Shown: positions 45,046 through 55,707 of the stretch, in pieces | How the letters are laid out: every line of letters begins with the position of its first letter | Numbering within the stretch: position 1 is the stretch's first letter | DNA from: Schmidtea polychroa | Lineage: Eukaryota | DNA length: 64,000 nucleotides | Assembly: GCA_044892525.1 (NCBI GenBank) | Contig: CM097885.1 | Coordinates: 44,704,001 to 44,768,000, forward strand | Direction: 5' to 3' | Translations under genes and position numbers: made by a program | Notes under the pieces: generated by a model | What the model was told of the DNA's origin: nothing | Seen by the model: the letters and a program-made list of their open reading frames with translations, nothing else | The model's database searches: none

Positions 45046-45621
45046 ATGTCCATATAATTTTTCAATGTCATTAATATCTAATACTACTATTTTTTATTAT
45101 TTTTTATAATAAATCATTATTATAATTACATTATTTTTCATGTAAAACTAAATAAAAAAATTTACTGTGTGTTTATTTATTATTTTTAATGATAAAAATA
45201 ATTTTATACCGTGCCCAATTAACTGAACAGCATTTTTATTTTACTGTGAAAATAGTCGTTTTCTACTGTGAATTTAATAAATTTTACTCAAAATATTTTA
45301 CCTTGCATTTAATTTTTTAACCTATTATTTTGCTATCCTAGCCAAAAACGAATTCTTTGCGAATGTGGTGAGCTATATAAGTGGCCATCTGGTATATATT
45401 CCACTAAATCCCTGCCTTTCTAGACCAAAAAGAAGTCTCGTTTTATCAAAGTTATCGCTGACTTTATTATAGACAAATAAAATGATTGTATTTATTAAAA
45501 GCTTGACTGTGAATCAGTAAAAATATCGGTGTTTATTGAATTTTCGGCACTGCCTTTTTCAAGTGATTTTTGTACTAACAATAAAACAAAAACATTTAAA
45601 CGTTGCTGTAAATATAATTTT

Positions 45622-46499
45622 AGTAGTGTGGTTATATACCCAACCAAAACAGCCCCCCAACAAAAACATGCCTCCAAATCACTTAAGCTATTAGAAAAAC
45701 AACCTAAAACTTATACTTTTATAGTATTTTAACCCTATATTTTGAAAACAACCACCCTTAATGACTCTAACTGTTTTAATCTTTAAAGCCTCAAACTCAA
45801 AAGCTTCAAACTAAAAAGAGAATAGAAAAGAAAATGGCATTATGAAAAAGTTAGAGGGCTATTTGATCTTTATCAGATTATTGATTTTAAATTATATAAA
45901 TTAAAAAATAAATGAAAAATAGTAAAACTGCTCTGAGGGGACAGTGGTATTTTTTTTTTTTCACTGTCCCCTCAACAGTTTTTTTTGATCCGGATCATTT
46001 TTTTTATTTATCAACCTCTTTCGTTTATCAAATCTCTTCCAATATACAAGCTGGCCAGACTCATACATCAGAATCAATCCGATAATAGCAGCACACCTTA
46101 TTATTCGCTTCTCGCTCGAATACGATTTCATCGGCGTTTTAAGTGTGCTGCTCGAAAGTACAAATGAATTCGAAAGCGAATTCGAAAGAGGTCCGAAAAC
46201 AACTGAGAAAGGGATCGATCCGGGGGGTGTTCGAAAGACAGGTGGCGATAATTACCGGTTCGCCACCATCACCCGTTTCAATATTTTTTTTTTCATATTT
46301 ATGTTTAAAAAATAATTAATTAATAAAAAAATAAAATAAAATAAAATATACAAGTACTTTATAAATATAAGATACCCACACTATTTTCAATATTATTTTC
46401 AAATTTTTAATATTATTTTATGTTGAAAAAAAACTAACCTCAGGTGTGATTTGAACCACTATCCATTTGAACCACTGTGCCAGTCTATTCCCACTGCGC
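45622..46499 (+). repeat. Polinton left terminal inverted repeat
   Basis: Reverse complement of 60034-60932 apart from about five substitutions seen by eye and homopolymer/(AAAAT)n length differences. Confidence 0.95.
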
Positions 46500-46509
46500 C
46501 ATCAAGGTT
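46436..46509 (-). ncRNA. tRNA-like Pol III cassette L1 (putative)
   Basis: AACCTTG..TGGCGCAGTGG (A box)..GGTTCAAATC (B box)..TGAGGTT, then T8; 74 nt with a 7-bp terminal stem. Confidence 0.6.
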
Positions 46510-46669
46510 TGAATTTTTGTCATTTTTTTAATTTTTAATTTATAAAAAAATAAAATAAAATAAAATAAATAAAATAAAATATACAAGTACTTTATAAATA
46601 TAAGATACCCACACTATTTTCAATATTATTTTCAAATTTTTAATATTATTTTATGTTGAAAAAAAAACT

Positions 46670-46742
46670 AACCTCAGATGTGATTTGAACCGCTAGCATT
46701 TTGAACCACTGTGTCAGTCTAGCCCACTGCGCCATCAAGGTT
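46670..46742 (-). ncRNA. tRNA-like Pol III cassette L2 (putative)
   Basis: Diverged copy of L1 retaining A box, B box, terminal stem and T9. Confidence 0.6.
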
Positions 46743-46807
46743 TGAATTTTTGTCATTTTTTAAATTTTTATTATAAAAAATGAATAATATAAATCTTAAA
46801 AAATAAA

Positions 46808-49800
46808 ATGAAAACAGGGTATCCAATAAAAAATTTTTTTCTAAAAATGAATTGTAATATTTGCAATAAAGTTTTTAAAAATAAAACTGGATTAATTTCT
46901 CACTTAAAATCGAAAGCTCATTTATTAAAAGAAAATAATCTTAATGATACAAATTCAAAACTTTGTCTTAAATGTAAAGGAAGATTTCTACATTCTGGAT
47001 ATAATAAACATTTTGAAAATTGTATCGGGAAAAATAGAGAAATATTTACATGTCCTCATTGTAACTTTTCAACAAAACTAAATTTCTATTATTTAGAACA
47101 TATAAAAGAATGTAAAAATAAAAAACAAAATTCTGACGATGAGGAATGTCATTCAGAAGGAGAACCTGATCATGTTGAAAGAGAAAAATATAACTGGGAT
47201 AATTTTAATCATATAGATGAATTTCAATTAAAAATTAATGGGCCTGCAACTCCTGGAGAATATATAAATAAAAATAAAAAAAATATTAAAAATTCTTTCA
47301 CTGAAGCTTTAAAAAATTATAAACCGACAAGGTATAATGTTATAAAATATAAAATTATAATCAAAGCAAAATACTGGCGAGGAGCAGAAGAAAAGACAAC
47401 ACCCTTAGATGTTGAAATTGGAATACCTTTTAAATATTTATTTTCAATTAAAGGATTTGATAAAACCATCAAAGAAATAATTAAAGCAGCAGAAGCAAAA
47501 CAAGAGGAAGTAGAAAATGAATTAGGAGATTCAAACTTAGTATTCAACTCTTTCCAAACTTTAGTGATTGATTATTGGAGAGGATTACCACCCAATCCTA
47601 AATCTTATATTCCTACACCCTTTAAATCTAAAAATGTTATAAATGTACAGAATAATGATAACAAATGTTTCATCTGGTCAATACTTGCACATTTACATCC
47701 TCAAGCAACAAATCCCCAAAGAGTTTCAAAATACAAACAATATGAAAATGAATTAATATTTCCCAAAGGATTCAAACACCCAATGAAACTAGAAGACATT
47801 CCAGAATTTGAAAAATTAAATAATCTTAAACTTAATATTTATGAACATGTTATAGGGAAAGAAATTATTCCAATTTATATTTCAGATTATGAAGTTAGAG
47901 ATAATGAACCCCAGGATAACACTAGGGAGATATATCTTTTAATCTTGGAACAACAAAATAATCAACATTATGTTTTAATAAAAAACTTTCAAGCTTTTAC
48001 ATCACCAGAGAATCCAACTAGTGGAGGAGGAACATGTAAAAGATGTCTTCATTATTCAACAACTAAAAACTCTATGATTAAACATACAAGATTTTGTGAA
48101 AAAGATGATCCAGCTTTAATTAAAATGCCTAATAATCCCAAGATGTATTTTAAAAACTTTTCAAATTTACTACAAACAGTTGGAGTTCTTTATGGTGACT
48201 TTGAATCTATAAACCATAAACAAGATTTGGTTTATCAATATTTAAAAATAATAGAAAAAAATAAACTCATGGATTTATGGAACTCCTCAGGAGAGAAGAT
48301 GAAACCAGAGAGGATGAAAGCCTTTCTAAGAAAAAGAAATAAACCTAATAGTGTTAAAAAAACTAAACAATTACCATCTGCTTATAAATTATTATTTAAA
48401 AGTAATTTTCCTGAACTCATAGAATCTAGAGAATATTCAATTCTAGGAGGTACCCCTGAAGAAGTCTTGAATCATTTTACTAAAAATATAAATGATCTAG
48501 AACATGAAATATTTAAAATATTAAAAACAAAGTATCCTCAAAATATTTCTAATCAACAACAACAAGAATATGAAAATACTTCCAACTGTTGGATGTGTAA
48601 ACAGAATATTCTTCCTGATGAAAAAGTTATAGATCATGATCATTTAAAAAAGGAAAATAATTATCGAGGAGCAGCTCATAAAAATTGCAATCTTAATTGC
48701 CATACTCCTAAATTTATACCTGTTATATTTCATAATCTTTTTGGATATGACATACATCTATTTATTAAACACCTCGCAGCAAATGCTAAAAACTCTTTCA
48801 AAGTTATCGGCTTAACAAAGGAAAAATATAAATCAATTGAATATGGAAAATTAAAATTTATAGACTCGTTAAACTTTCTCCAAATGTCTTTAGATGCAGT
48901 AGCAAAAACAATGAAACCAGAAAATTTTAAAATTACTCGAGAATTCTTTGAAAAAAATAATATTCCTCTAGAAGAATATCCTACATGTTTAGCAAAAGGA
49001 ATATATCCTTATGACTATGTTGACTCGTTTGAAAGATATAATGAAACAAGTCTTCCTAGCCAAGAAGATTTCTATTCACAACTTCAAAAAAATCATATTA
49101 CAAATCAAGAATATTCTCGAGCAAATAAAATGTGGGAATTATTCAAGTGTAAAACTTTAGGAGAATATACAAGTATGTATTTATCCTTGGATGTTTATAT
49201 TCTAGCAGATTGCTTTGAAGAATTTACAAAATCTTTTGTTCTTAAACCTTATAATTATATAACTGCACCCTCTTTAGCTTGAGATACTATGTTATATACC
49301 ATTTGGACTTCAAATATAGAAGATGCTGATAAAATTATAGATCTTTTAACTAACCTCGATATGTTTAACCAAATTAAAACAAACATTAGAGGAGGAGTCT
49401 CTTCAGTAATGGGGAATAGAGAAATAAAAGCTAGAAATGCAATAACTACTAGCCGAAGACTATCTAAACACCCTGATGATCCATATATGAAAATTAACAA
49501 TGAGGAATTAAAAGAATTATTAGAAACAATGAAAAATCCTATATTTATACTTTATATAGATGCAACAGCTTTATATTCAGGAATTATGACTCAATTTTTA
49601 CCAATGGGTGATTTCACTGAAATAGAGAACCCAACAGATGACCTTATGAAAGAAATACTTTCAACATCGAAAGATTCTCCAATAGGTTACTTTATAGAAT
49701 GCGACCTCGACTATCCAGATGATATAAAATCAGGAACAAGATATTTTCCTTTAGCTCTCATAAGAAGAAAGATTGATATCAACGAACTTTCTGAATGGCA

Positions 49801-51133
49801 AATCTCACAAGATAAACCTCCAACAATGAAACTTCTTTGTGATCAAACAGATCGAAGGTTTTATCTTTGTCACTATAGACTCCTCCAATTTTATCTTTCA
49901 CGAGGAATGATAATTAAAAAAGTTCATAGTGTCATAAGATTTAAACAAGCTCCATTCATGAAAGCTTTTATCGAGGAGAACATTAGGTGCCGAAACATTG
50001 CAAAAAGAGAAGGTAATCTTTTTAAAGATAATAATTATAAAATTTTAAACAATTCAGTCTTTGGGAAGACAATGGAGAATGTTGATAAATATACTCATAT
50101 TGAACTCCTAACTAATACTGCCAAAGATATTAAGCGTTATAATCGTATGCTAGGAAAGCCTACGTTTAAAAACGCACAAGTATTTTCTGAAAATCTTACT
50201 GCAGTAGAATTAAAAAATTATGAGAAAACATATAACAAACCAATATTTATAGGGTTTACAATTTTAGAACTTTCAAAATTACAAATGTATGAAACATATT
50301 ATAACATCTTACAACCTATATACGGAGCAAATATATCAATGCATGCAATGGATACAGATTCAATGTTTTTAACAATAAGAACTCATGATTTACAAAAAGA
50401 TATGAAAGAAAATCCTATACTTTCAAATTTAATAAATTCATCTGGAGAACTATTTTCGTTTAAAGATGAAAAACCTTTTACTCCTATAGAAAATGGAATA
50501 TTTATTCGTGCTAAACAATATTCATACGAAACATTTAGAAACCCTGAATTTATAACTAGATCATTTATATTTAAAACTCCAGAAACAGAAGAAACCATTA
50601 CACATAGATATCCTATATTTCCTAAAGAAGAAAAACCTGTAAAGGATAACAGATGTAAAGGAATACAGAGAGTGGTTGCAAAGAATCTTTCTCATCAAGA
50701 TTATATAGATACATTAAACCCAAATCATAAAGATAAAATTGATGAAATACATCAACTTAAAAGTGAAAACCATGATATTCACTTGATAGAATCTCAAAAA
50801 GTATCATTATCAAATTATGATGATAAGAGATTCATACTAAGTGATTTAAAGACAACTCTACCTATTGGAAATAATTTAATCCCTATAATAAAAAATCTAG
50901 AAAAGTTGAATAAGTTATATGATACAAAGATTACTGATCTTGATATTTATAATGTTGAAATTATTTATCCCGAGAGAGAAATCGAGAAACCTTTATATTC
51001 TCAAGTTTTTAATCCTATATGTTTAGAACTTAAATATTTTAATACTGATCCTGAATATATAAAAGGTCTAAGTGATAAAGAATTTAAAGATCATAAATTA
51101 ATGATTCATAGGTTGGCTTTCAACCATAACTGA
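46808..51133 (+). CDS. polB: Protein-primed family B DNA polymerase (pPolB) with N-terminal zinc fingers and an endonuclease VII-like insert; one in-frame TGA at 49280-49282
   Basis: The 824-aa and 614-aa ORFs share a frame; Exo motifs YGDFES and FHNLFGYD; CWMC..DHDH..AHKNCNL insert; Pol motifs YIDATALY, KILNNSVFGK, MDTDS, KG, YDDKR. Confidence 0.93.
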
Positions 51134-51227
51134 AACCAACGATATTTAATTTTTTAATAATAAAATGTCGACAATTAATTTAAGCAACTATAGCAACCTG
51201 ATCTACTTTTTTAAAAATACACCCATT

Positions 51228-51839
51228 TTATAAGTAAGAATTCTTTAACCATTTTTCTCGAGATGTTTTTTTATTACTTATAACATTAGCCACCATGCCC
51301 TCCCTTTTTAATCTTATAACCTCATTCTTTATATCTTGTATTATTTGATTTGATTTCATTATTTCTTCGTCTGTCAGGATTCCATCTTCCAAAGCTTTTA
51401 ATTGAAATAAAAATAATTTAGAGATTCCTAATTCTATTGATAAACAAACTTCACGATATAAACTTTTCTTTTTTGAAGTATAAGATAATGAAACTATTTC
51501 AGTTAAGAAACCATCAGCCACAGAAATACTTCCAAGTATTACAGGTGCAAGAGTAACAACTGGTAAAGTTATGGGTAAAATAACTGTTAATATTGCAGAT
51601 GCAAATCCTAAAGAATAACCTATAACTTTTAAAACTGTATTCCCTTTATTCCATCTATTTTTAATTTTTTTATAATGCTTTAATAAATCTTGTAAATGTA
51701 AGGTTTCTGATTTAAATTCTTTTACTCTCATAATTTCAAGTTCTGTGGGAGCCGAGGCCTTGGAACCTTTGTGACCTTCGGAATAATATCCTGATGATCT
51801 CAATTCTGGGTAAATCTTTTCTTCTCTTACTTCTTCCAT
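51228..51839 (-). CDS. Polinton membrane protein with two hydrophobic segments, function unknown
   Basis: VLKVIGYSLGFASAILTVILPITLPVVTLAPVILGSISVA hydrophobic hairpin followed by KALEDGILTDEE; intact 203-aa ORF. Confidence 0.7.
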   Translation of the reverse strand: MEEVREEKIYPELRSSGYYSEGHKGSKASAPTELEIMRVKEFKSETLHLQDLLKHYKKIKNRWNKGNTVLKVIGYSLGFASAILTVILPITLPVVTLAPVILGSISVADGFLTEIVSLSYTSKKKSLYREVCLSIELGISKLFLFQLKALEDGILTDEEIMKSNQIIQDIKNEVIRLKREGMVANVISNKKTSREKWLKNSYL

Positions 51840-51847
51840 TTTAATAA

Positions 51848-52858
51848 TTAAAAAAATAAGACTTTATTCTTCTGAGCACCATCTGGCACCAATACTCGGA
51901 TATCAAAAGAAACTCTTGTTGAGAGGATATCTTTATACAATTCTCTCAATGCTTTACGAACTTCATCAACATCAACCTTTTTTTGATAAAATATTAAATC
52001 TATATATTGTACAAGTGAACTAGAAAAATGAATATTCTTACTTTTAACTTTATGTAGTCCATGTGAATGAGTATTAACATACCAATCTCCGTGTGGTAAA
52101 TCATAACTAGTCATTATAACATCACCCTTTTCAAGCTTACTATTATAATCACATTTCACAAACCATTTCATTCTTTCATTATCATCATCAAACAAAAAGA
52201 AATAAGGATCAATAATTTTTACAACCATAAAAACACCCCATTCTTTACTGTTTGTTGTTATTAAACTTGGTTCTATAAAATGTTTATATGTATGGGGTAA
52301 TAATGTTTTATTCTGTTCTAATTCAGCAGCTCTTTTTCTAATACTATGTGTGGTGTTAATGTGTGTTCCATGAGACTCTAAATTTGAAATTCTTTTATTA
52401 AATGATGTAATCATCTCATTTATTATTTTATATATTGTATTAAATTTAGTATTCATAATTTGTTTATCTTTAGAATTTAATATAGCAGTATTTAACTTTA
52501 CAACTTGTTCAGTTAACAGACTTTGTAACTTGTCAAATTTATCATTAAATCGTTGTTCGATATTATTAAGCTTTGATTCCATTGAATCAATTTTTGTTGT
52601 TAATGAACTTTCAATTCTTGTTGTTGTTAAATCAGTATATTTTTTAACACCATCTACATATTTCTTATTAGCAGCATCAGCTTCATCAGTTGGAAAAGAT
52701 AATTCTTTTATCTTGTGTCCATTTAAAATTAAACCACCCTTCATTGAATCACCTCTTTCATTAATATATTTATTTTCTGTTAAAGTTAATATTTCTTCTG
52801 TATTAAACCCTGTTTTTATTGTTCCACCACCTCTATTACATGGAATATAAGAACTCAT
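51848..52858 (-). CDS. Putative virion fibre/spike protein
   Basis: GDSMKGGLILNGHKIKELSFPTDEADAANKKYVD resembles the trimeric fibre/YadA-type neck motif, followed by a heptad coiled coil and a beta-rich C-terminus; adjacent to the penton gene. Confidence 0.65.
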   Translation of the reverse strand: MSSYIPCNRGGGTIKTGFNTEEILTLTENKYINERGDSMKGGLILNGHKIKELSFPTDEADAANKKYVDGVKKYTDLTTTRIESSLTTKIDSMESKLNNIEQRFNDKFDKLQSLLTEQVVKLNTAILNSKDKQIMNTKFNTIYKIINEMITSFNKRISNLESHGTHINTTHSIRKRAAELEQNKTLLPHTYKHFIEPSLITTNSKEWGVFMVVKIIDPYFFLFDDDNERMKWFVKCDYNSKLEKGDVIMTSYDLPHGDWYVNTHSHGLHKVKSKNIHFSSSLVQYIDLIFYQKKVDVDEVRKALRELYKDILSTRVSFDIRVLVPDGAQKNKVLFF

Positions 52859-52882
52859 TTATTAATAATTTAAAATGAATCT

Positions 52883-53647
52883 TCAAACCTGTTTCAAATG
52901 TAAATACATTGAAATCTCTTCTCTATTAAAATCAATCAATTCTCCTTCTTGATTAAGAATTTTAAAATTAATATCCATTATATATTTTCTACATAAAGGT
53001 AAATAATTTGGAGGATTCATTCTTTCAACTATTTTATATCCCATAGGAACTGTGTTTGAGGGAAAGGAATATAAAACATTTGTTTGTTTACCATTATTAT
53101 AAGAACCTGTTATACAATCGCAATGAATATTTATTGTGTTTGTATTTATTATTTTTATAATATGTTCTGATGTTATTATTTTATCTTCTTTTATTGTTAT
53201 ATCCATAGGTTTAAATCCTAAAACTGTGTGAAAGAAACAATTATCTAAAAAACTAATTTTTATATTCTTCAAAGTCATTACACATTTTGAAGTTGGTATA
53301 TCCATTTTAATTTTAATACCTTCATTTGTTTTTTTAGAAAGTATATCATTTAAATCTTTTATCTCATATGCCCCAGGTTCTATTGTTATAATTTCTGGTT
53401 TATGCCCATCACGAGTTTGAATAGTAAATTTATTATTATCTTTAGTTATATTAAAAATAGTATTATAAGCACAAAACCATAATAGCCCCAATTCATAATT
53501 TAAATTTTGATCTAATTTAATTGAATCTTGAAAGTTTATAGTAAAGTCTGATTCTTTTGAATTTATAGATAAAGTTCTTGAATATTTATCTGACATTATG
53601 TTTACCATTTTTTTTAAATTATCTTCCGGAGGGTTGTGAAGCTCCAT
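52883..53647 (-). CDS. Minor capsid protein (penton, single jelly roll)
   Basis: DFTINFQDSIKL...YELGL, INIHCDCI.GSY.NG...LYSF, Y.PL....I..I.F.I.NQ.G..IDF...I...LHLK pattern of Polinton minor capsid proteins. Confidence 0.85.
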   Translation of the reverse strand: MELHNPPEDNLKKMVNIMSDKYSRTLSINSKESDFTINFQDSIKLDQNLNYELGLLWFCAYNTIFNITKDNNKFTIQTRDGHKPEIITIEPGAYEIKDLNDILSKKTNEGIKIKMDIPTSKCVMTLKNIKISFLDNCFFHTVLGFKPMDITIKEDKIITSEHIIKIINTNTINIHCDCITGSYNNGKQTNVLYSFPSNTVPMGYKIVERMNPPNYLPLCRKYIMDINFKILNQEGELIDFNREEISMYLHLKQV

Positions 53648-53695
53648 TTCTTTAGTAGTAAATTCATATAGTAAAAATCCTTATAGTAAAAATCC

Positions 53696-54160
53696 TTATA
53701 GTAGAGATTCTAGATCATTATAAATTTCTTGAATTATAGATTCAAAATCCTGCGTATGCCCCTTTCCCTCTTCCTTATTCAATCTATACAAAACATATAA
53801 ACTTAAAATACCACATATTTTAGTATTCAAAGGTTGAACTTGTAAAGAGTTAAAAGTATAACCATTTGGGGAATCAATCGGAGAACCCCTCAAGAGATAA
53901 TCTTCAACTTCTTTAGTAGGTTTAATCCCAAAAGAATCAAAGTAGATAGATTTCTTATATATACAAACCCAATGAGATCCTTTTTCATTTGAATTTTGAT
54001 AATTGATTATTATATTCAGGGGACTCTCCAGACTTGATAATTCATCATTCATTAATATTTTAATTTTTAAATTTAAATAATTTGCATAATCTTTTAAATC
54101 AAAATTTGTTTTTGCATTTATTCCAAATGTTTTTAAAAAATCTAATATTGATAGAGTCAT
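53696..54160 (-). CDS. Adenain-like cysteine maturation protease
   Basis: GSHWV (His), YFDSFG (Asp), Q...ICG (Gln/Cys) catalytic motifs. Confidence 0.92.
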   Translation of the reverse strand: MTLSILDFLKTFGINAKTNFDLKDYANYLNLKIKILMNDELSSLESPLNIIINYQNSNEKGSHWVCIYKKSIYFDSFGIKPTKEVEDYLLRGSPIDSPNGYTFNSLQVQPLNTKICGILSLYVLYRLNKEEGKGHTQDFESIIQEIYNDLESLL

Positions 54161-54182
54161 TTTGTATTTTAAAACTTCGTAT

Positions 54183-55076
54183 TTATAACTTCGTATACTT
54201 ATTAAATTTATCTTTTGAAATTATTCCTTGTTTTAACAAATCTTTAGAAATCCTTAAAATATCAGAATCTAAATTAATATGTCCTGCTTTCCTTGCAGCT
54301 AATAGTTTTCTTAATTCAATAAAAAGATTGATGGGATTTGGTTTACCACCTTCACTAATTAATCCCTCTCCCTCTGTAACAACATAACCCTTTTCATTTT
54401 TATTTAAATAATTCTTTAAATCTTGAATATATTTTGCTTTAGAACTAGCTCTTATTAATCTTATTAAATTTAAATATTTTTTAATTTCTTCAACATCATC
54501 TGAAGAATATCCACAAAGTAATCTATAAAAATCATCTGTAAATTCAAAGTCTAAATATTCATTATTATAAACATTTTGTGAATGAATACGTGATTTATTT
54601 TCTGAATTTGAATATAAAGTAAAGTTTTGTTTATTAATTGTTATTATTTGATATCCTTCAGTATTAGTATTAAATGTGGGTCTAATTGAAGGAGGTACAT
54701 CATCTCTAATTTTAGGATCAACTTTAAGAGGTTTTGTTTTTAAAAACATTTCTTCTTCTTCCACATTAGAAATTCTTCTGCGTTTTCTTTGATTTCTTTC
54801 AGAATGACTTTCAGGATGGTTTTCACTGGATTCTTTTTCTTTATCCTGCCACTCTAGTTCTTTTATTTTTTGTTTTTTATCTTCTAACTCTTTAAATTTT
54901 GCTTGCTCATTGAAATCTTCCAACTCTTTTATAGCTTTAATTGTTGGCCCCTGTTGTTGTGTTATTACCTCATTTAATATTATAGATTCAGCATGTTGAG
55001 TTGTATCTTTTTTATTATATTTATCTTGTTCTGATTGTAATTTTTTTAAAAGTGCTAATCTTTCTTCATATACCAT
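54183..55076 (-). CDS. Polinton conserved hypothetical (putative core) protein
   Basis: Intact 297-aa ORF; basic NLS-like RKRRR; C-terminus GEGL...PINLFIELRKLLAARKAGH...I..I...LLKQGII resembles a helical motif I recall from Polinton ORFs. Confidence 0.65.
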   Translation of the reverse strand: MVYEERLALLKKLQSEQDKYNKKDTTQHAESIILNEVITQQQGPTIKAIKELEDFNEQAKFKELEDKKQKIKELEWQDKEKESSENHPESHSERNQRKRRRISNVEEEEMFLKTKPLKVDPKIRDDVPPSIRPTFNTNTEGYQIITINKQNFTLYSNSENKSRIHSQNVYNNEYLDFEFTDDFYRLLCGYSSDDVEEIKKYLNLIRLIRASSKAKYIQDLKNYLNKNEKGYVVTEGEGLISEGGKPNPINLFIELRKLLAARKAGHINLDSDILRISKDLLKQGIISKDKFNKYTKL

Positions 55077-55098
55077 TTTAATGGTATCAAAAATGGTA

Positions 55099-55692
55099 TC
55101 ATAGTTCGAAGGGCTTCAAGTATAATCCTTTACCATTTTTAGTTTTACAAAGGCATCCATTCTTTAAAGATTTACATATTTTTTTTAAATTTTCTTTATC
55201 TTTTGAAGATAAAGATTCAGATGTAGAAATTTGATTTTTTAAAAAATCATTTAAACCTCTACCTTTATAAGGATCAAGATAGAGACCTTTGCCCTGAGAC
55301 TTTTGCCGACTCCCCTCATATGGATTAAGATAGAGACCCTTTCCAACGGACACTCCCCCTTTAGCTTGCCCTACCTTCTTCATTGAATCGATTTCAGTTT
55401 GTAGTTTTTCTTTTTCTAGGTCTGTCTTTTGAGATTCTTTAGCTTTTTGAACTGTAGTTGCAATTCCTCCAGCTATTCCAGCAGCACCTGATAAACCAGC
55501 AATGATTGCAGGTATTAAAGCAGCTAATGGAAGAATGCCACCTTCTTTAGCTTCGTGGAGCTTCGCTCTAACTTGTTCTTTTACATGTTTTCCAATAAAA
55601 TATTTTTTACCATCAATTACTACTGATTTATTTTTATTTGAATTTATTAATTCTTGCAAAGATTCTTCAGTAGAGGAACTCTTCGAGGTCAT
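55099..55692 (-). CDS. Adenovirus pX/Mu-like virion core protein
   Basis: EGGILPLAALIPAIIAGLSGAAGIAGGIAT resembles adenovirus pX GGILPLLIPLIAAAIGAVPGIAS; three GKGLYLxP repeats. Confidence 0.72.
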   Translation of the reverse strand: MTSKSSSTEESLQELINSNKNKSVVIDGKKYFIGKHVKEQVRAKLHEAKEGGILPLAALIPAIIAGLSGAAGIAGGIATTVQKAKESQKTDLEKEKLQTEIDSMKKVGQAKGGVSVGKGLYLNPYEGSRQKSQGKGLYLDPYKGRGLNDFLKNQISTSESLSSKDKENLKKICKSLKNGCLCKTKNGKGLYLKPFEL

Positions 55693-55707
55693 TTTATAAT
55701 AAACAAA

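Larger units (their letters stand above)
46320..46790. repeat. Tandem duplication of a ~234-bp unit, each copy carrying a tRNA-like cassette
   Basis: atacaagtactttataaatataagatacccacac...catcaaggtttgaatttttgtcatt occurs twice, 234 bp apart. Confidence 0.9.

Noticed and set aside
45985..46167. 60-aa ORF mirrored at 60380-60610
   Set aside because: Both are the same TIR sequence read in opposite directions, with non-ATG starts and no recognisable motif.
46100..46270. Hammerhead ribozyme in the TIR, suggested by repeated CGAAA
   Set aside because: No CTGANGA core with correctly placed stems found on either strand.
49280..49282. Alternative genetic code (TGA=Trp) for the Polinton
   Set aside because: Other Trp residues use TGG, and TGA terminates pPolB, MCP, penton and the pX-like ORF normally.
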